Source: the human T2T-CHM13v2.0 reference genome, Homo sapiens
Strand: one strand, 5' to 3'
DNA: 64,000 nucleotides
Assembly (NCBI RefSeq): GCF_009914755.1
Contig: NC_060940.1
Positions 44,601-56,829 of the stretch are shown here, in pieces. A model generated the notes under the pieces. That model saw only the letters and a list, made by a program, of their open reading frames with translations, was not told where the DNA came from and did no database searches. A program made the position numbers and the translations under genes. Each line of letters begins with the position of its first letter. The first letter of the stretch is position 1.

Positions 44601-44798
44601 TATGCATCAATATCATTTTATTTACATTTCCCAGATACCCAAGCACAATTTAAATTTTTGTCTTACTCTAGAAAAAAAAATAACCTGTTGTGTAAATGAA
44701 TAAACAGTTCAGGCAATTACTAAGGGGAGGGTTCTTTCCTTTTTATTTTGTTCCTCACTTTATTTTGATTTTTATATATGAAATATATGTGTAAAATA

Positions 44799-45137
44799 TT
44801 TTTCTCTGTGTGCTAGCTTTGGATGAATTCTTATTTTTTTCATTTTTTTATTTCAACATTTATTTTAGATTCAGGGGGCCATGCACAGATTTGTTACATG
44901 GGCATATTGCATGATGCTGAGGTTTGGGGTACATTAGGAGTCATCAATCTCTTCCTTTAGGGTTTGTGTTTCATGTTTAAGAAATCTTTCCCTACCTTGG
45001 GATCATGAAAATCACCTCCTATGTTATTTTCTGAAAGCCTTACTGTTTAAAAACTGTAACTTAAAGACTCATTAAGGACTGTAATGCACCTGATATTGAT
45101 TTCTGCATATAGTATAAGATAAAGGTACAATTCCAAT
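44799..45137. repeat. Local direct duplication, copy 1 (partner 46931-47276)
   Basis: TTTTTCTCTGTGTGCTAGCTTTGGATGAATTCTTA...AAAGGTACAATTCCAAT is present twice with scattered substitutions. Confidence 0.97.
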
Positions 45138-46131
45138 AGACTTACAATACAGAGTTAACAAGTTAAAATACTAATAAAATGAATACTAATAAAATGCTGC
45201 TCTTCTTTCTATTCAGATTAAGAAATAGAGCATGGCCACTTAGGGACTCCTGTGTCTCCACCATCAAATCACCTACTCTCCCTCAGAAGGTAACATCTAT
45301 CCTAACTCTTGTTTTGGTTATTGTTTTACCACCTGTGTGTCTATACCCAGACAGCATATTGTTCCATATGGCTACTTTGAGTCTTTATAGAAATAAACAC
45401 ATACTGTATGCATTCTTAGAGTGAAGTGCTTCTTGCAATGCAAGTCTGAAAATTATATTATGAGTCCATGCTAAATAAGTGTAGAAATTGAGGGTGTTTT
45501 GAAATTTTTATGCCTATTTGATAGTCATGTTATGTTGCTTGTATACTTTTTGGAATTTCACTTTTCTTATAATTTATTTTTATTGTATTTAACAAAAGCA
45601 CTAGTCTACAACAAATTTAAAATTCAAAAACAAACTGGATTTTCACTGCAGTTAGTGTGAGAAGCCATAGATTTGTTTAGACTTCTCAGACTCCCAAAGT
45701 GCCTAGCCAGAAAGTGGCAGCACCTGGGGATAGCCGTACTCTCAGCTCAGACCCCTGTCCCAGCCCCTCCTCACCAGGCATCACCTTGCTCCATTAGGAG
45801 CCTCAAGTGCGTACATGTGATCACCCAAGACTACAAATCCAAGCTCCATTCACCCCCAACCACACACAATTAGACACAAACAGCTACCCCTTAAGGCATG
45901 ATAGCATGGACCACCCCTGAAAGGAGGAACTCAGGGTGCTTTGCATGGGGAATGGTCATGGTTCAAGGCTACCCAGGCCACAACAGAGGGCAGGCAGGAC
46001 AGATTCCATGTAGCCACACCCCTTTGGCCATGCAGACACCTTGTCCCATCATTAGGAGCACAGTCAGAAGAGGCCGAGGGGAGGGCCCTTTAATGCTCAG
46101 GGCTCAGCGCAGAGGAACCCTCTTGCCCATT

Positions 46132-46622
46132 TCAGGTAGGAGATGGGACTTGACTCTGGAGGTGGGGCTCAGACACTGGACCAGATTTAGGACTAGGTAA
46201 AACAGGGTAGAGGTGAAAGCACCTCTCCATAAGACAGGCCCACTGGTGTGCCTTGTCAATTTACCATTGCCATGGCAACACTTGGAAGTGACTGCCCCTT
46301 TCTGTAGCAATGAACCAATGACATGGAAGTTACCAACCTTTTCTAGAAATGTCTGCAAAATCCACCATTAATTTGCATGTAATTAAAAGTGGGTATAAAT
46401 ATGACTGCAGAACTGCCCCTGAGCTGCTACTCTGGGCAAACTGCCTATGGGGTAGCCCTGCTCCGCAAGGAGCAGTACCTCTGCTGTCACTGCTATACAC
46501 ACTGTGGCTTCAATAAAAGTTGCTGTCTAACACCACCGGCTTGCTCTTGAATTCTTTCCTGGGGGAAGCCATGAACCCTCCTAGGCTAAGCCCCAGTTTT
46601 GGGGCTTGCCTGCCCTGCATCA
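46132..46622 (+). mobile_element. ERV1 solo LTR (LTR19-like)
   Basis: TCAGGTAGGAGATGGGACTTGACTCTGGAGG...TATAAATA...AATAAA...GCCTGCCCTGCATCA; flanks CATT / CAGT. Confidence 0.75.
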
Positions 46623-46930
46623 CAGTCAAAGGGCAGTCATGGCTGGAGGTACTGAAAGAAGCTGGAAGCAGGTGCCAACTGTGGCAAGAGGAAGAAAACA
46701 GAAAGGAAATACTTCACCCCCTCCTCCTCCTGAGCCTCCCAGCAGGTCCCCATCTGCAGAAACAAACTAGAAACCAGTTGCTCAGAAGTCTGGGAAATGT
46801 GGTTTGTGAAATGTCAGCTCCAGCATCACATAGGGCTTCTCTAAAGTTTCTGGATACACGTTCTTTGACAGATTCTGCATTAAAATACCTTCTCCAAGTT
46901 TATAGATCTTTGTGTCTGTGGCTGTTGTTC

Positions 46931-47276
46931 TTTTTCTCTGTGTGCTAGCTTTGGATGAATTCTTATTTTTTTTAATTTTTTTATTTCAACATTTATTTTA
47001 GATTCAGGGGGCCATGCACAGATTTGTTACATGGGTATATTGCATGATGCTGAGGTTTGGAGTACATAAGCAGTCATCAATCTCTTCCTTTATGCTTAGG
47101 GTTTGTGTTTCATGTTTAAGAAATCCTTCCCTACCTCGGGGTCATGAAAATAATCTCCTATGTTATTTTCTGAAAGTCTTATTCTTTAAAAACTATAGCT
47201 TAAAGACTCATTAAGAACTGTAATGCACCTGATATTGATTTCTCCATATAGTATAAGATAAAGGTACAATTCCAAT
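46931..47276. repeat. Local direct duplication, copy 2 (probable parent)
   Basis: Matches copy 1 and is continuous with the flanking L1 on both sides. Confidence 0.97.
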
Positions 47277-48062
47277 TTATTTTCATATCCATACTCCAAT
47301 GTCCCAGCACCATTTATCCTGCCCTCCACTAATCTGCAATATCACATCTGTCATGTATCAAAGGCCCTCATATGTGTGGATCTCTAACTGGGCTACCTCT
47401 GCTCTCCTGCTGCTCTATGCCTATAACACCACCAAAGCATCTCAATTACTATAGCTTTGAAATCTTGATCTTGGTAGGCAACTTCCTGAATTCTGTTCTT
47501 TTTCATGAAGAATACTGGTGTTTTCGGCCCCTTGCATTGCCATATATACTTTATAAGTAGCTTATCAAATTTCACAAAAGAAAAATAAATCCTGTATGAA
47601 TTCTAAACAGAATTACATTGAATCTAAATCAATTATAGAAGAATCGACATCTTTACCATATTGAGTCTTCTGATCCAGAAGCAGGGCTTACTTATCTATT
47701 TAGTTAGATCTGCTTTAATAACTCTCAATAAAATTTTACACTTTTTCCATAAAGGTCTTGCATATGTTTTGTTACATTTCTTCCTCAGTGTTTCATATCT
47801 TAAGTTATTACAAGCAGCTTTTATTCATTTTCTAAATGTTTGTTGCTGGCATGTAGAAATGCAATTGATTTTTGTACATTTTTTTTTAATTTAACTACCT
47901 TTCTAAACTCACTTATTAATTCTAATAAATTATGCAGATTCCTTTGTGTTTTGTACATAATCCTATCACTTGTAAATAGTAACAGGTTTCTTTCCTCCCA
48001 TCCATTCCTGATACCGTTTATTCCTTGCTTTTCTTTGCTATACTTGAGAACCTTCAATAGAG

Positions 48063-48244
48063 CCTCCAACCTCAGCCTCCCGAGTAGCTGGGACTACAGG
48101 CACATGCCACCACACCTGGCTAATTTTTTGTAGAAATGGGTTTCCGCCATATTGCTCAGGCTGGTCTCAAACTCCTGAGCTCAAGCCATCCACCTGCCTC
48201 TCCCACAGTGCTGGGATTACAGGCGTGAGCCACCATACCCGGCC
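48063..48244 (-). mobile_element. Partial AluJ
   Basis: CTCAGCCTCCCGAGTAGCTGGGACTACAGG...CCACCATACCCGGCC. Confidence 0.88.
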
Positions 48245-48291
48245 TTAATAGATTGTTGAATAAAGTAACTATAGGGACATTCTTGTCTTTC

Positions 48292-48763
48292 TTTTTTTTT
48301 ATTATTACACTTTAAGTTTTAGGGTACATGTGCACATTGTGCAGGTTAGTTACATATGTATACATGTGCCATGCTGGTGTGCTGCACCCACTAACTCGTC
48401 ATCTAGCATTAGGTATATCTCCCGATGCTATCCCTCCCCCCTCCCCCCACCCCACAACAGTCCCCAGAGTGTGATATTCCCCTTCCTGTGTCCATGTGAT
48501 CTCATTGTTCAGTTCCCACCTATGAGTGAGAATATGCGGTGTTTGGTTTTTTGTTCTTGCGATAGTTTACTGAGAATGATGATTTCCAATATCATCCATG
48601 TCCCTACAAAGGACATGAACTCATCATTTTTTATGGCTGCATAGTATTCCATGGTGTATATGTGCCACATTTTCTTAATCCAGTCTATCATTGTTGGACA
48701 TTTGGGTTGGTTCCAAGTCTTTGCTATTGTGAATACTGCCGCAATAAACATACGTGTGCATGT
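48292..48763 (-). mobile_element. Young 5'-truncated L1PA2-like insertion
   Basis: 16-bp TSD GACATTCTTGTCTTTC (48276-48291 and 48764-48779). The 3' UTR reads GCTAGATGACGAGTTAGTGGG and GTAACTAACCTGCACAATGTG. Confidence 0.92.
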
Positions 48764-49403
48764 GACATTCTTGTCTTTCGCTAATCTCAAATATAAGGTC
48801 AAAGTTTTACTAGAAGTATGAAAGTACTTCTTTTTTTAGAAACCCTTAACCAGTTTAAGGAATTTCCCTTCTTGTATCAGTTTGCTAAGAGTATTTCCTA
48901 ATTGTATTGAGTTTCATTCAATGCTTTGCATCTATTAAGGTAATCATATGATTTTTATCTTTAATATACTAATGTGGTAAATAACAATTGATTTTCTAAA
49001 GTAGAACCAACCTTATATTCCTGTGACAAGAACAGTTTGCTCATGATTCTTTACCCTTTATATATATATTACTCTTTTGGGTTTGCTAATATTTTGCACA
49101 GGATTTTCCCATGTATTTCATTATAATATTGGTCTACAATTCTTTCTTATATTATCTGTTTCAGGTTTTGGTATCAAAGACATGCTAATTTGTATTCTAT
49201 GCTCTGGAATATAGTGAATTTTGAATTTTTTTCTTGAATGATTGATTTTGCTGGGATTGGAGGGGGTTTGTGGAAATATTTTTGACTATGGAGTAATTGT
49301 TTTAATGATTTTGTTATTGCTTGGGTTTTCTATTTGTTCTTGAGTCAATTTGGGTCCACTGTATTTTTCTAAGATTTTGTCCATTTCTTAACAACTTTCA
49401 AAG

Positions 49404-49766
49404 TGATATGGTTTGGCTCTGTGTCCCCACCCAAATCTCACCTTCGACTGGAATCCTCATAATCTCCATGTCAACAGCAGGACCAGGTGGAGGTATTGAG
49501 ATCATGGGGGCAGTTTCCCCCATGCTGTTCTCATGGCAGTGAGTGAGTCTCATGAGATCTGATGGTTTTATAAGCATTGTCTGGCATTTCCCCTGCTTGC
49601 AATCATTCTCCTGCCAACCTGTGAAGAGGTGCCTTAAGCCATGATTGTAAGTTTCCTGAAGTTTCCCCAGCCATGCAGAACTGTGAGTCAATTAAATCTC
49701 TTTACTTTATAAATTACTCAGTCTTGGGTATTTCTTCATAGCAGCATAAGAATGGGGACTAATACA
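49404..49766 (+). mobile_element. THE1 (C/D-like) solo LTR
   Basis: TGATATGGTTTGGCTCTGTGTCCCCACCCAAATCTCA...GGACTAATACA; TSD CAAAG / CAACG. Confidence 0.93.
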
Positions 49767-50724
49767 CAACGTTACAGCTTGAAATTTATCATTATAATCT
49801 TTTGTCATTGTAATATCCAGAACATCAATAATTAAGGTTTTTTCAGTCATGATAATGATTACTATTCTTTGATCAATATCACTAGGGGGTTGTCAATTAT
49901 ATTAGTCTTTTCAAATAACTTACTTAGCTTTGTAGATTATCTTTATTAAAAGCTTAATTTCTATTGTATTGATTTCTGTTTTTACACTTATTACTTTCTT
50001 CCTTCTACTTTCTTTGCATTTAATTAAGGAGGAAGCTTGTTGCATTAATTTTTATCCTTCCTTCTTTTCTGTTGTAGCTTTCAATGTCATAAAATTCCCT
50101 CTAAGTTCTGCTTTAGCTGTCTTCTACCAGATTTGACATTTAATATTTTTATTATAAATCAGTTCTAAGTATTTTCTAATTCTCATTGTAATTCATTTAT
50201 TGAATCTTTAACTGTTATTTTTTCATTTCCTAACACAAGCTTTTTCTGATTTTTCCAGTTTCATTTTAGTTGTTGATTTCTAAATTACATTATATACTTA
50301 GTTATTATACATTATACATTTAGTTTCATTACATTTAGTTATTGATTTCTATAATTACATTATAACACCCAAGCATATTTTCCTTACTTGTATCTACATA
50401 TTTGCATATATTCATCTGCCCCCCCCATCCTGCCCACATCTACCTCCCTTTCCGCATCATTTTATTTCATGTTAAGTGGCTAAATTTACAATTTAGTCTT
50501 TATGTTACAGAATATCCAGGAGGAATTGTTACTGAATCAGAAGAAAAATTAACAACATTCTGAGATGGATCCAGTAATAGGATCACATACTTCCATTTTA
50601 GGGAGAAAGCGGCTGCATCTTTGTATAAAAGATATTTGCACACTGTAAGTCAGAAGCATAATGTTATTTTTATTGTTGTTTTAAATATAAGAGTGTATAT
50701 ATGGGTGCTGAATAGCCAAAGGAG

Positions 50725-51110
50725 TGGATTGTGCTGAACAGTGTCTACTGTCCTGCATTTGCTCTTCAGCCATGTTCTTTCTAATGCCAGGACTGGAAGC
50801 CTGCAATTACACTTCCCAGACTCCCTTTCCAGCTGTCCTCCTGTTGGGTCTGCCAGTGAGAGGCACTAATAAGAGACTGGAAGCCAGAGGAAGGAAGAAG
50901 CTACTTTCTCCTGGCCTCTACCAGTGCTTCTGGCTGTGACTCTGGCAGTGATGGCAGTAGCAGCAAAGGCATGACAGTGGCATCCCAAAAGCACATAAAT
51001 CATCGATTTTGTATAACCATATATTCTATTTTGTTTTTCCAGGTCTTTCAACACCTTTGCAACACATTTCCTGCATCCTGTTTGAAATACCCAAAATGGT
51101 TCTTATTAAA
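50725..51110 (+). mobile_element. LTR33-like ERVL LTR
   Basis: CCTGCAATTACACTTCCCAGACTCCCTTTCCAGCTG...TCTGCCAGTGAGAGGCACT...TGTTTGAAATACC. Confidence 0.6.
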
Positions 51111-52239
51111 CATTGATAAATTTATGCGAGGTAATTTTAGTTATTTTTTCTTATGGATTACATTGAGATCAGAGAATGTACACTATATAATTTAAATGCC
51201 TTCAAATATTTTGTGACTTCCTTCAAGATCCAGAATATGGTCAATTTGTATAAATATTCCATATGTATTTGAAAATATATGTATTCTGGAGTTGTTGGGT
51301 AGAGTGTTTTACATATGTCTATTAGGTTAAGTTTAATTGTGTCGATCAAATTTTCCATACCCTTACAGAATTTTTGTCTAATTGAACTACCAATTTCTGA
51401 GAGAGATTATTGTGGTTTTATCTACTTTTCCTTATAGTTCTCCAATTTTTGCTCTATATATTTTGAGACTTTGTTACTAGGTCAATAAAAATTGTAATTA
51501 TTGTATTTTCCTGGTGAATAAGACACTTTATAGTTACAAAATGATCCTCTTTATCTTCAGTAATATTAGTTGTCTTAAAATGTATTTCATCTTATATTAA
51601 TATAACTACACAATCTTCCCTTCGTTTCAAATTTTCCTGGTATACCATTTCCCATGCTTTTATTTTCAGTCTATTTGCTTATGTTTCACATGTCTTTCTT
51701 ATCAATAACACATTGTTGGATTTTGCTTGTTCTTTTTTAACTCAATCTGATAACTTTTGTCCTCAAATTTAGACCATTTACACTTAATGTAATTACAGAC
51801 ATATTTGTATTTATATCTACCATCTTATTTCAGGTTTTCTATTTATGTAGTCTTTTCTCCCTTCCCCTCCCCATTTTTTTGTATTCTTTTGGGTTTTTGT
51901 TTGTTGTCTTTCCATTTTTCTCCTCTACTAATTTAAAAATTATATATTTTGTTTTTATTCTTTAAGAGGTGTACAAAAACTTATCCAAGTCAAAAGCTCG
52001 CCAATATATTTACCTCCCAAAAACACCACAAGAGCATTAGAACACTTGCCTTTTAGTCATCTACTCCTAACTTATATATACTTAGATTAGGTTACAGTTT
52101 CTTCACATTTAGACAGTATGAATTCAGGCTAGAAAACCCTATGAGTATTGACTTGTGAGTCCACATAGACTACTCTGATCAAAGCACTTGACCTTCCAAC
52201 TACCCTCAATAATCTTCACTTCTCACAGTGCTCCATCTT

Positions 52240-52568
52240 CTGTCTCCCTGACTCTTTGTATATGTTCATCCTTTGCCTGGGACACACTTCCTTATTTGTC
52301 ATCTGGCTCCTTGGTCTTACATATCACCTTTTCTAAGATGACTTCCTTGACCACCCCCACCCCATCTAATTCCATGTTATTTTCCTTCCTTAAATATTCT
52401 CATCTTGTAATTCTTCCCATTATAGCGTCTATCACACTATTTTGTAATTGCCTTTTTTCTTATCTACATAGGTTCTTTGAAAATAGGAACTATGTCTGCT
52501 CTTTCACTTGTGAATCCCCAGTTCTTAGCACAATGCCTGATGCTATTAATATTTGTTAAACAAATAGA
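52240..52568 (+). mobile_element. L2 3' end
   Basis: TTCACTTGTGAATCCCCAGTTCTTAGCACAATGCCTG...AATATTTGTTAAACAAAT. Confidence 0.65.
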
Positions 52569-52920
52569 GTCCCTTACTTGAAATTCTTCACTGGTTTTCC
52601 ATTGCCTTCTTACAAAACCTCACAGTGCCTGGCAATTACGAAAGTCCCATTTAAGCTTTTATGTTTAGTTGACAGGATACTACTTGTATTGTAGAAGCTG
52701 GTCTGGCCACTGATCAATGCAGATACCCATATAACTGCCTGGTAATGTATCTCAAGAAAAAAACTGTGATTATACTAAGGTGGTCCCATGGCATCCAATG
52801 TGAATTATCAGAAGGTGGTCAGAACTGAAAGCAGGCTTAGACACTGCCATTTGTCACCTCTAAAGTCAAATGACAAACCAAAGGACCTAGTATACCATGC
52901 CTTTTAAATGTAGCCAGACC

Positions 52921-53154
52921 GTGCTAAGCTATGAGGATGCAAAGGCATAAGAATGACATAATGAACTTTGGGGACTCAGGTAAGGGAAGGTTGAGATGGG
53001 GGTGAGGGATAAAACTCTACATATTGGGTACAGTGTACACTGCTTGGGCAACAGGTGCAGTAAAATCTCAGAAATACCGCTAAAGAATGTATCCATGTAA
53101 CAAAAAGCCACCTGTACCCCCAAAAAATATTGAAATAGAAATAAAAATTAAAAA
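52921..53154 (+). mobile_element. L1PB-type 3' UTR insertion
   Basis: GCTAAGCTATGAGGATGCAAAGGCATAAGAATG; TSD TAAATGTAGCCAGACC / TAAATGTAGCTAGACC. Confidence 0.9.
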
Positions 53155-55579
53155 TAAATGTAGCTAGACCAACATTATCTTGTACCTGAAAGGGAAAGAA
53201 AAATCCACTTGTGTGCTTAAGTAATACCATTCTTACTAATGAACGGACATTGTAATTTGAGACTGCTATGACACAGGATTGTCAGTTCTAGAGCAGAGGG
53301 CATTTAATATTTTTACAGCTGCTTAAGAGTACTTCTATTAAAAAGACTGCTCAATATAGGCTTCCTGAACAAGAAATTGACCTTGTATACTCCAATAATA
53401 TACTATAAAAGACAAAATCATAGAATTCTTGAAGCCAGAAGAAATGTCAATAAGCTAGTAATTCAAATTCCCACCTATGAGTAGGACTTCATCTAAAGTC
53501 AGTTGTTCAGCAAATGTCTAGGAAGGAGTTGTCTGATATTCCCTTGGCTGGTCCAGTACTTCATCAGATCTATTGTTAGAAAAGTCATCCTTGTTATTCC
53601 TCAGCTTTGTCTCTGACCCTTTAAACACCCTAGGTACTTTCTGGCATTGAACAAACCAATAAAAGACAAGGTAGGCCAGACGAACTCATGTCTGTATTAG
53701 GATAACCCAAGTGACCCAGGGCCACTTGCCTGGAGGTGGCCTTTTGCCACCTGTTTCCATAGCCTGGTTCCATGCTTTGGAATTTGGTCTCTGACTCTGA
53801 TTTCTTCACTCATTCAATGATCTATTTGGCCTATGAACCTTGGATTTCTGATGAAATCTTACTATGCACACTCCTGATTTCAGCATCACCTGCTGCTTTA
53901 CAGGAAATAGCCAATCCATCAGCCAGCCTCTTTCTATGGCTCTCCCATCAGCCAGCTTAGTTTTCTCTAAAACCTTTATTCTTTTCTTTGCCTGCCCACC
54001 CTGCAGAGCTGATTCTGCCCCACCAACCAGAGACAGGTACTCAGACAATTTGTCAGCTTAGTGTCATTACTTCAGATGAATTTTGCATTCTCTGATTATA
54101 TATTCTATTAAGATACAGAATATTTGGAGATCATCCTTCATATAATCACATGCCTTTAAAAAAACTTAATGTTTTCTTCAGAATGACAATGTGTTGGAAA
54201 CATCACTGACATTAATTATATTTCTGTGGATTATAACCATTCAAGTCAACTCAACTGAATGACAATATTTGGAGTAGCAGACCAAGGACATAACAGAAAG
54301 AGAAACATAAACTATAATTTTTCTATCAATATAGGGAAATCTAGATAATACCTTTTATTCTAATTAAGGACAAAACTACATGCCACAAAATAAAGTAAAA
54401 GACTATGTAACCACCAGGTAAAACATACATGACTGAGACAGAAAGAGAAAAAAAATGACAAAGACCTCATTCTCCTGCCCTCCCCCACACAATTTGATAA
54501 ATAGGATATCTGGAGAATTAACCTAAAAATGGAAACCTATCAGAAAATAACAATTATATGGGTAATGGATGAAATTGTCATTTTAGGCAGAGAACATAAT
54601 TAAAGTCACAGAAATCACAGAAAAGGTATAAAGAATTACTTGAACTCAGTAGGAAATGATTCTAAAAAAAAAAAAATACTTTGCCAAGAACAAAAAAATA
54701 CTAAGCATAATATAAATGTTTTGTGTCCTTTTCAAGAAATGACTCTCTGTCCTTTTATTCTTTTAATGGCTTCTATTTTCTATTCACTCAGAATCACTCA
54801 CTCAAAATCCTCTTCGTATGGGGTTGTTAATAATGTTGTCCATCTGCAAGGAAAAAACCTCCACATACAAATACACACATTTTGGCTTTTCCTCTTGATC
54901 TTTGTTGGATACATTATAGGTAGATGTCATGATGCTGTGCTGCTGGGATCTAACACCAAAGGATATCTTTGTTTGTGTACATTTTTCTTTTACTTATTCT
55001 TAGAGAAAGACAGTAAAACATGCTGGAGCCACTATAGTTTGTTTGTTTGAAATTATACATAAAAGACAGAAATGGAAAGTTGGAAACAGCTGTGTTAATT
55101 AAGAAACATATGAATGTAAAGCATTGGCCTTACAACCTACAGAGATACAATAATAATGCCATTTATCACTCTGTTTTACCCAGTATTTTTAATGGGTTGC
55201 ATTAAAAATATCAATCAAAGACTACTACCTGTTCTTTCATATTAATTGCCTCAGGATTCTACATTTAAAATTACTGTTGAACAGATGGCTTCCTGTACCC
55301 TTACAGGAGTGTGAGACTGAGCTTTGCTGACGCATCTGTTAAGCTAAACATGCATGTAATCCATAAGAGATTTAGCACTTACTGAAACTAAGCATGGTTT
55401 ACTTCCTGCGAGTACTATCCTAAGAACCTCTGAGTATTTGAAGTTTGTTATAGGTTAGCCTTTTCTTCACTTTTATTGGCCTTCCTCTTAGGGATATCTC
55501 CTGATCTTCTTTTTGCCTGGGTCCTACAGTAGATTAAGGAGACGCGGATGGGCAGCGGTGGAAGGAGACACACACACCA

Positions 55580-55950
55580 ACTCAACTTCTCTCCACCTCC
55601 ACCATCACCTCCATAATCCAATCTGCCATTATCTCTTGCCTAGAAACTAGCAATCATTTCCCAATTTCTTCTTACTTTCCCTCTTGAATCCATTCAATGT
55701 TCCGTCATGTATCCAGAGGGGTCTTTCTGAAGCACATGATCTCCCTGCTTAAATCCCTTCTATGGTGTCTCTCTGCTGCTAGGATAAAGATCAACATCCT
55801 CAACAAACCAACAAAGCCCTCTGAGTTCAGTCCTGCCTTTCTTATCCATCTCCTTTTATTCTCCATACTCCCACCTTACTGGCCCCTTATACTTCCTCAT
55901 GTGAAACAGGCTCACTGCCATCACAGAGCATTTGTTCTGTTTGCAAGAAA
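55580..55950 (+). mobile_element. L2 fragment
   Basis: TCTCCACCTCCACCATCACC, CTCCCTGCTTAAATCCCTTCTATGG and CAGAGCATTTG. Confidence 0.55.
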
Positions 55951-56291
55951 AGTTTAATACAGACTGAGGTATACAAGAGTCCTACCAGCATTAATATACC
56001 TGTTCAGTGTGCCCAAAATTCGATGATTAAATCTTATTTCCTTCACGTCATTAATTCACTCATACATGTGAGAATGAAAACAGGGAATGGGGCACCAGCT
56101 TCATAGCTGATATTTCTGTATAACTTAGTATAGAAGGAGACACTTTGGGTCCATGAATTCTTCAAATACTGATGTAATAACTCTATTTCTTTAGTACAAG
56201 AATTTAAGATATACTTTTAAAAATATAAAAAGTGTTATCTTAAGTAGTTATCATAAATTACACCAGCAACTTATGCTAGTATAATTTTTTA

Positions 56292-56734
<443 letters not shown>

Positions 56735-56829
56735 TTAACTGTTTTGCTATTCTGTCAAAAAGCAGTCAATTTAAACATGTCTCAGGATTAGTGATCTTAA
56801 AATAATTTTATGGGATTTCTTATTATAAA

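Larger units (their letters stand above)
46835..52000 (-). mobile_element. Long old antisense L1M ORF2, with multiple younger insertions
   Basis: T-rich sequence with GTCCCAGCACCATTTA, AGAAATGCAATTGATTTTTGTACATT, TTTGCTAATATTTTG and CAGAATATGGTCAATT. Confidence 0.8.

Noticed and set aside
45215-45245. GATTAAGAAATAGAGCATGGCC as the missing middle of U6
   Set aside because: The similarity is short and gapped, and the context fits an old L1ME 3' end.
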